A stretch of 63,153 bases of DNA, the filler included, from Octopus bimaculoides (Eukaryota): the NCBI RefSeq assembly GCF_001194135.2. It is 8 parts of 8 records of this genome, joined end to end, with 100 filler letters (N's around TTAATTAATTAA, not from the genome) between each part and the next. Parts side by side here need not be neighbours in the genome. Positions count along the whole stretch, not along the records: positions 49,434 to 56,700 come from NC_068989.1; positions 56,801 to 58,970 come from NW_026338279.1; positions 59,071 to 60,633 come from NW_026404248.1; positions 60,734 to 63,153 come from NC_068984.1; 4 more parts are not named here. The stretch is one strand, 5' to 3'. The notes beneath the pieces were generated by a model. It was not told the origin of the DNA and searched no databases. It was given only the letters and a program-made list of their open reading frames with translations. A program made the position numbers and the translations under genes. Positions within the stretch are counted from its first letter, which is position 1. Every line of letters starts with the position of its first letter. Below, in pieces: positions 55,620-63,153 of this stretch.

Positions 55620-56330
55620 CATGAAATTGACAGGATATTGCCAGAGAGCTAAAAGAAAATAACATTACCGATACACACTTATGGACACTTAACACGGATA
55701 TACACAAGTCGGCTGCCTATCAAAATGCCTTCTTCAACCAGTTCTGTATGAACATGAGATGTCCTACTGACCTACCGAACGCTATGCAGACGGCTCGATC
55801 AAGTAAGGTAAATTCGGAGCAAACTCGATCGAGATAACTGCATGATGTCTGTAAAAAATCATGATGCTCTCTCACTCAGAGAAAAGCACAATCTCAACAC
55901 TTCACATTCCTCTTCTCCCCATGGCGTTATATGAATTGAAAGAAACTCTTAAACTACAATGTACAATTCTTACCGATGCAGCCTACCACTACCACCACTA
56001 TTTTCTTCAAAGTCTGCTTTTTCATTTATTAGCAGTTAGGTGTGTTGTGCCATATAATCAAAGAGATGACAATATGACAATGTCTTAAGCAAAGGATTAT
56101 TCAATTACAATGTAACAGTAATGGAATCAGAGACCATTATGGCCAGTAATCTGCCTGTATTAGATTCACCCAAAAGCAATTCCATAATTCTTATCACAAA
56201 CATTGTCCAGTATTAACAGTTCGAACTTTCTGCTCGGCATAATCTATGGTATCTAACAGTTACTTCACTTTCTTTCTGACATAGTTATGTGGAAGATGCT
56301 ATATTTAGGCGAGAATCTTCTTATCTCTCA
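55620..56330 (-). mobile_element. Possible highly decayed LINE RT remnant (RTE-like)
   Basis: Weak minus-strand similarities to the IDY.KAFD and EF.YLG...AKKAF regions (IDYAE..., EFTLLD...KKAF); many stops. Confidence 0.3.
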
Positions 56331-56432
56331 ACTGCATTACAAGAGATAACATTATACGTACATAAGTACGCATGTAAACATGTGTGTGCATGTGTGTGTA
56401 TATGTATATATGTATATATATATATATATATA

Positions 56433-56655
56433 TGGCAGAATCGTTAGCACGCCGGGGGAAATGTTTAGCGGTATTTCGTCTGCCGTTACGTTCTGAGCTC
56501 AAATTCTGCCGAGGTCGACTTTGCTTTTCATCCTTTCGGAGTCGATTAAGTAAGTACCAGTTACGCACTGGGGTCAATGTAATCGACTTAATCCCTTTGT
56601 CTGTCCTTGTTTGTTCCCTCCATGTTTAGCCCCCTGTGAACAATTAAGAAATAGA
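56433..56655 (+). mobile_element. Well-preserved SINE family A copy
   Basis: TGGCAGAATCGTTAGCACGCCGGG...GTTCTGAGCTCAAATTCTGCCGAGGTCGACTTTGCTTTTCATCCTTTCGGAGTCGATTAAGTAAGTACCAG...; follows (TA)n. Confidence 0.9.
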
Positions 56656-56668
56656 TATATATATTTAT

Positions 56669-56700
<32 letters not shown>

Positions 56701-56973
56701 NNNNNNNNNNNNNNNNNNNNNNNNNNNNNNNNNNNNNNNNNNNNTTAATTAATTAANNNNNNNNNNNNNNNNNNNNNNNNNNNNNNNNNNNNNNNNNNNN
56801 TATAGGTATGTATATATATATGTATATATATATTTATGTATGTATAAATGTATATATAAATATATACACTCACTTATACACACACACATATATAAATACA
56901 TATATATGCATATATATATGTATATATATATACGTATATATTTATGTATATATGTATATATATGTGTGTCTAC

Positions 56974-57004
<31 letters not shown>

Positions 57005-57279
57005 CATATATATATATACATGTGTATATATATGTATGTGTATATATATATATGTGTATTTATATATATACATATATATATATATGCATATATATGTATA
57101 TATATATGTGTGTGTATATATTTATATATACATTTATACATACATGCATATATACAAATTTGCGTACATACATATATATACATACAGGACAGAAATAATA
57201 TACGAATAATATTATGTGGATAGAGATTGTAACGATACAATATGAAAGATATTTGCACACTTGGCATAAAACCAGCTAT

Positions 57280-57475
57280 TTTAAGGGAAGGGTTAAAAAT
57301 GTTTATATCGGTCATAGTGGTACTGATTTTATCGAGCCTGGAAAAGTCAAAGGCAAATTCGACCTCCGTGACATTTGAACGTTAAACGAGAAGCAGTGCT
57401 GCGAAGCATTTTCTATCCATCCCACATACGCAAAGAAACACACACGCACACACACATACATTTATGTATGTATGT

Positions 57476-57523
<48 letters not shown>

Positions 57524-57663
57524 TTAATAATAATAATAATAATAATAATAATTCCTTCTATTAAAGGCACACGGTCTGAAATTTGAAGCGGGTCGGACGT
57601 GGCAAGTCTATTATCTCTTCCCCAGTGTTTCATTTGTACTTAACTTATCGACCCTGACAGGAT
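57280..57663 (-). mobile_element. Two SINE family A fragments separated by (TAA)n
   Basis: Family A motifs at 57280-57420 and 57560-57663; (AAT)n at 57479-57552. Confidence 0.7.
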
Positions 57664-58471
57664 NNNNNNNNNNNNNNNNNNNNNNNNNNNNNNNNNNNNN
57701 NNNNNNNNNNNNNNNNNNNNNNNNNNNNNNNNNNNNNNNNNNNNNNNNNNNNNNNNNNNNNNNNNNNNNNNNNNNNNNNNNNNNNNNNNNNNNNNNNNNN
57801 NNNNNNNNNNNNNNNNNNNNNNNNNNNNNNNNNNNNNNNNNNNNNNNNNNNNNNNNNNNNNNNNNNNNNNNNNNNNNNNNNNNNNNNNNNNNNNNNNNNN
57901 NNNNNNNNNNNNNNNNNNNNNNNNNNNNNNNNNNNNNNNNNNNNNNNNNNNNNNNNNNNNNNNNNNNNNNNNNNNNNNNNNNNNNNNNNNNNNNNNNNNN
58001 NNNNNNNNNNNNNNNNNNNNNNNNNNNNNNNNNNNNNNNNNNNNNNNNNNNNNNNNNNNNNNNNNNNNNNNNNNNNNNNNNNNNNNNNNNNNNNNNNNNN
58101 NNNNNNNNNNNNNNNNNNNNNNNNNNNNNNNNNNNNNNNNNNNNNNNNNNNNNNNNNNNNNNNNNNNNNNNNNNNNNNNNNNNNNNNNNNNNNNNNNNNN
58201 NNNNNNNNNNNNNNNNNNNNNNNNNNNNNNNNNNNNNNNNNNNNNNNNNNNNNNNNNNNNNNNNNNNNNNNNNNNNNNNNNNNNNNNNNNNNNNNNNNNN
58301 NNNNNNNNNNNNNNNNNNNNNNNNNNNNNNNNNNNNNNNNNNNNNNNNNNNNNNNNNNNNNNNNNNNNNNNNNNNNNNNNNNNNNNNNNNNNNNNNNNNN
58401 NNNNNNNNNNNNNNNNNNNNNNNNNNNNNNNNNNNNNNNNNNNNNNNNNNNNNNNNNNNNNNNNNNNNNNN

Positions 58472-58541
<70 letters not shown>

Positions 58542-59070
58542 TGTGTAAAGATATTAATGTAAAACGAATGTAAAATTTAATTCCAAATTTGTAATTAGAT
58601 AATTATGCAATATACAAACCTATAAATAAATAAAATAAATATTAATTAGATATTCTAAAGAGAATAAAGAAGTACCAGGGAATTCGATATTGCTATCTTA
58701 TATTTAACCATTTCTTTTATATCACATTTTGAATATCAAGATATAATACGAGCACATAGAATTATACCTCCTTTCTATTTATCAGTCTATGTATCTACTT
58801 TTCAATATGTACTGAAAAGTAGATATTGAACTATCTATTGATCTATGTATCTGTGTATTTATTTTTGTATAGCTGTCTGATTCTGGTCCTATTTCTTTAT
58901 CAGATTTTTAACTTTTTGTGTATATACATATATACATATATATACATATATATACATATATATATAAATANNNNNNNNNNNNNNNNNNNNNNNNNNNNNN
59001 NNNNNNNNNNNNNNTTAATTAATTAANNNNNNNNNNNNNNNNNNNNNNNNNNNNNNNNNNNNNNNNNNNN

Positions 59071-60633
59071 ATATAAATAAGTAACAATGATGTACAGGTG
59101 TCAATTCATTACGGAAGTTTCAAGCGGCTCCTTTTAACTGATTAATGAAAAAATTACATTAATTTGAAATAAACTGTTGTCGTCAGATGAGTGCATAGAC
59201 TTCAAACATAAAGAATAAACCATTTTTTAAAACAAATTTATATCAATAAGGAAAACTAGAATATTTACATTGTTTCCTTTTGTTATATTTGTGGCAGAGT
59301 GAGTTAATTTACTAGACTCCCAATGTTCTGGGACCATATATCAAGCTTTATCTACATAAAGGGGTAGGATGCAAGGTTGGGATTAAGAGAATGTCTGATG
59401 GGTAAGGAATGGTAACTGGAAGAAAGAAGGGTGGGCAATACTTATTTAGATTATAAATTAAAGGGGAATATAATAAAAAAACAAAAGAACTAGGTAATAT
59501 AAACTTTAGGGGTGGAAATGAAAATTGAAGGATATGGGAGGTAGTAATTTAAAACTTAGCAAACAATATTGAATTGAAAAAAATTCAATCAATATATAGA
59601 ATAAGGGTAAAAATTAAACTTAAAACGTAATAATGGGACACCTTAATATATAACAAAAATTAATAGAAATTTTCTAAGCATATTGCTTTGAAGGTCATGT
59701 TAAAGACATTCTAAAATGAATGCATAACGGAATTATATTATCATATGGGTAGAAGTACATAGTATATTTTAAAGCAATAAAAAGAACATATTTTAAGGCA
59801 ATAAAACGAATTCTTTTCTTCATTACGGGTGGATAAGTATAAGATAATGTGAAATATGGTATCGAATATAAGAGGTAATTGAATTAGAGGTACACTAAAC
59901 GTATAAAAGAGTACATTCTGAAGCAATACCTAAACCGATTTGGGCATGTAAACATTTAATGAATATTGCATGATTAAAAAATATACTGAAATAAGGATAC
60001 CCATATCCAATAAATTATATAAAAAGACCTTGTAAAAATTAAATTTATAAATTACAAACGCTAGTAAAGTTTATGAAAGATATACATATGTACAAAAATA
60101 TCAAATATAGATATAAAAAATTTATAAAATATAATGTGTAATTATAAATCTAATGTATAGTATTGTCTTGTACAGTGAGTTTTATGAAGAGAAATTATAA
60201 ACACTTTATAAGATATAGAAGCTACACGAATGTATAAGAGGGTTTATAAATACATAAATTTTATAATATAAAATATGAAAAAGATAACAATTTTTTAAAA
60301 CAATTTTATAAGATATTTCTTTACAAAATGATATAAAATGTATAACATAAAAGTAAGGATAAGTCAAAATGAAATACAATAATCAAACAAAGATTATTTT
60401 ATAAATTAAGATATAAGTTATATTGGTATAATGTAAGAAAGCTTAGATACGTTATTGTTATAAATAACATATAAAATAAAAATATATGTATCAAACATAT
60501 AATTTAAAAAATTAAAATAATGATACATTTGGAAATGGACTTATAAAAATATTTCTTAAATACATCAAATACACTGATCTGTATAGAAGAATAACAGATC
60601 CTAGGGGCTATACCACGTATTTAGGTGAGGTGC
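59071..60633 (-). mobile_element. Very AT-drifted non-LTR retrotransposon RT remnant
   Basis: Minus-strand RGI-PLGSVILLY (GxPQGSxLSP-like) near 60620, CLHAQIGLGIASE (GGLGI thumb-like) near 59940, and a LCR...PEHWES (knuckle-like) segment near 59320, in the expected order. Confidence 0.4.
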
Positions 60634-60733
60634 NNNNNNNNNNNNNNNNNNNNNNNNNNNNNNNNNNNNNNNNNNNNTTAATTAATTAANNNNNNNNNNN
60701 NNNNNNNNNNNNNNNNNNNNNNNNNNNNNNNNN

Positions 60734-60783
<50 letters not shown>

Positions 60784-62729
60784 ACACGATACTCTGTTGG
60801 TTTGAAGTGCTAGCCTTCTATATCTGCATTCGTTTGTAAACTATGCAATTTATAGCATACATACTAATGCAGACATGTGAAATAATTTATCATACTCTGA
60901 AATAAATTATTTTTCAATGCTTGGGTTTACTGGATTTCAACTGCAGAGTACTCTATATTACATTTCTACGTATTGGGTTACTATGTAGTATGAAGCCGGG
61001 TCCACAAGAGGAGCTTTTTTGTGATTACCACTGGATTATATAAATCCATATACTGTACATTATANNNNNNNNNNNNNNNNNNNNNNNNNNNNNNNNNNNN
61101 NNNNNNNNNNNNNNNNNNNNNNNNNNNNNNNNNNNNNNNNNNNNNNNNNNNNNNNNNNNNNNNNNNNNNNNNNNNNNNNNNNNNNNNNNNNNNNNNNNNN
61201 NNNNNNNNNNNNNNNNNNNNNNNNNNNNNNNNNNNNNNNNNNNNNNNNNNNNNNNNNNNNNNNNNNNNNNNNNNNNNNNNNNNNNNNNNNNNNNNNNNNN
61301 NNNNNNNNNNNNNNNNNNNNNNNNNNNNNNNNNNNNNNNNNNNNNNNNTATATATATATGTATATATATATACACACACACACTCGTATATGGTGATGTA
61401 CTGAATGGTGTACACGATAAATTCTCAATTTCTCTCACAGGCAGGAAAGGGAAACAATTCCAAATGCGAAAGGGAGATCATTTCGAGAAATTAAGAAATA
61501 ATTTCACGGTTAAATGATCATGATTTGGATAAGCACATTCTATAATCTTTGTTTCGGCCACAATTTGGTTTCATCAGCCCAACATTATCCTATTACGACT
61601 CCCATCAATTTATAACAATGTTTTAGCAAACAATATATTTCCTAAATATATTGCTTGCTCTATCCTATATATATGAACAATAGCCAGGGTTCAGCTCCAA
61701 ATCACTGAAGAGGCAAAATCAGACCAAAACAGTTGCGTAATGACGTCACTAGGAACTCCGCTCGATGTGTTTTTATACATGAATCTATGGAAAAAAATTT
61801 TCTTCAAAATAAAATCCACGTTCTAGTGTGTTGGGATGTGTTAAAAAATAAACACAAACATGTATGCTTGCATTTGTGTGTGTGTGTGTGTGTGTGATCA
61901 AGAATTATGCTCCGTCCACAAAAAAGGAAATGTTTCGAGAAGCATGACATTCTGAAATCCTGACCCTACCCTCCTCTCCTTCGCTTCGATTAAATTACCC
62001 ACCCTTCATTTCAGCCTGTAAACGAAATAGGGCATAGAGCCCATCATCGACACTAACATTGACATTTTCACTCAATTTTCATAAAATTTTAATACGTCCG
62101 ATTCAGTTTTCTTTTGAGGTTTTGTTGTTAACGGTCTCATGTGAGAGAAGCTGAAAAAAATTTGTTCAGCGTATCATTTCTCTCGTAACAGATACGAAGC
62201 TGAAGGGAAACTGCTTGACTACACTTTGTCATGGAAAATAACCGACCATTCATACTATAGACTTGACTGAAGTTGGGTCAGTCCTACATTTGGTAGAGGC
62301 CTTTTAATTTAAGCTCACGGGCAAAGTGTATGGGACTTATTTGTCTTGTATAATTCTGTATCAGTGAAACTGTTAGATACGATCTTAATAAAATTGCCTA
62401 TGAATATATCTCTGAAAGTTTTCTGCAATGGTATAAGCAGCAATTTTTCATCGACGTCAGCGTGGCCATCGCCAAGGAAGTGCACTGGACGGCACCTCCC
62501 CTCACTATTCAATAGCTTACCTTCAGATTTACACTAATATACTTATTTCGAAACTCCACTTTAGCATTATTATAAATTAGTGCCCATCCAGAATATTCTG
62601 AAGCACCCCCCAAGCACCGAAGTCTAGCGACGGGCCTGGATGTCAATAGTAACAATTGACCGATGTTTATGCACTTGACGGTCTACAAAAATAGACAGAT
62701 TTAATTGACAAAAGAGATCGAATATCGGA

Positions 62730-62890
62730 TTAAGAATGCCTCGCACTATTGGGTTACGTCAATTTACGTTTTGAATGCAAACCTTGCCGGGGTCGACTTT
62801 GCCCTTCGTCCTCCCAGTTTCGATAAAATAACTACCAGTCAACTATTGGCATCGACTATATCCTCTCCAACTTTGTTAGGAATTATTATA
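62730..62890 (+). mobile_element. Decayed SINE family A copy
   Basis: TTTACGTTTTGAATGCAAACCTTGCCGGGGTCGACTTTGCCCTTCGTCCTCCCAGTTTCGATAAAATAACTACCAG. Confidence 0.7.
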
Positions 62891-63153
62891 TCTTATGAAA
62901 TTAAAATATTAATCTGGGAAAGACTTCCTTTTGTACCCATTCCCCTTTTTATTTTTATGATTTATTATTTTTTTTTATAGAAACCCCCGTTTTCGGGTAC
63001 GGAGATTACGAAGCTGAAAAAAAAAATTGACAAAAATCGGTATATCAACATTTCATTTCCCCCACCCCCGGTTTTCACTTTTTTCAGAATCTTTTTTTTT
63101 TTTTTTTGGCCAAATATGTGGAAAAATACAGAAAAATACACACACATCTGTAA

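Noticed and set aside
62315-62640. GC-richer ORFs and a possible hAT-like terminus (...GCGACGGGCCTG)
   Set aside because: No recognisable domain in any frame and no matching opposite TIR or TSD found.

Overview
This is a repeat-dense, gappy eukaryotic genomic window. The tRNA-derived SINE families and the microsatellite load look like Octopus or another coleoid cephalopod (inference from recognised repeats, no search run). It is a patchwork: seven identical 100-nt artificial linkers (44 N + TTAATTAATTAA + 44 N) join eight separately assembled pieces, and there are many ordinary N gaps. No intact host protein-coding gene, rRNA, true tRNA or CRISPR array is supportable. Almost all ORFs in the supplied track are microsatellite translations or N read-throughs. 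Recognisable content: at least six Penelope-like (GIY-YIG) retroelement relics, several followed on the same strand by hammerhead-ribozyme-like motifs and one with a 5' inversion; an R4/Dong-type restriction-like-endonuclease LINE 3' half; RTE LINE fragments; decayed mariner and Tigger transposases; several MITEs; and three SINE families. The most unusual objects are a 668-bp TIR element with a perfect 8-bp TSD that carries (TTAGGG)n between internal inverted repeats, a 772-bp TTAA-flanked foldback element with about 335-bp arms, and two compact hairpins. I found no convincing new protein-based system; any novelty here lies in non-autonomous mobile elements and RNA structures.
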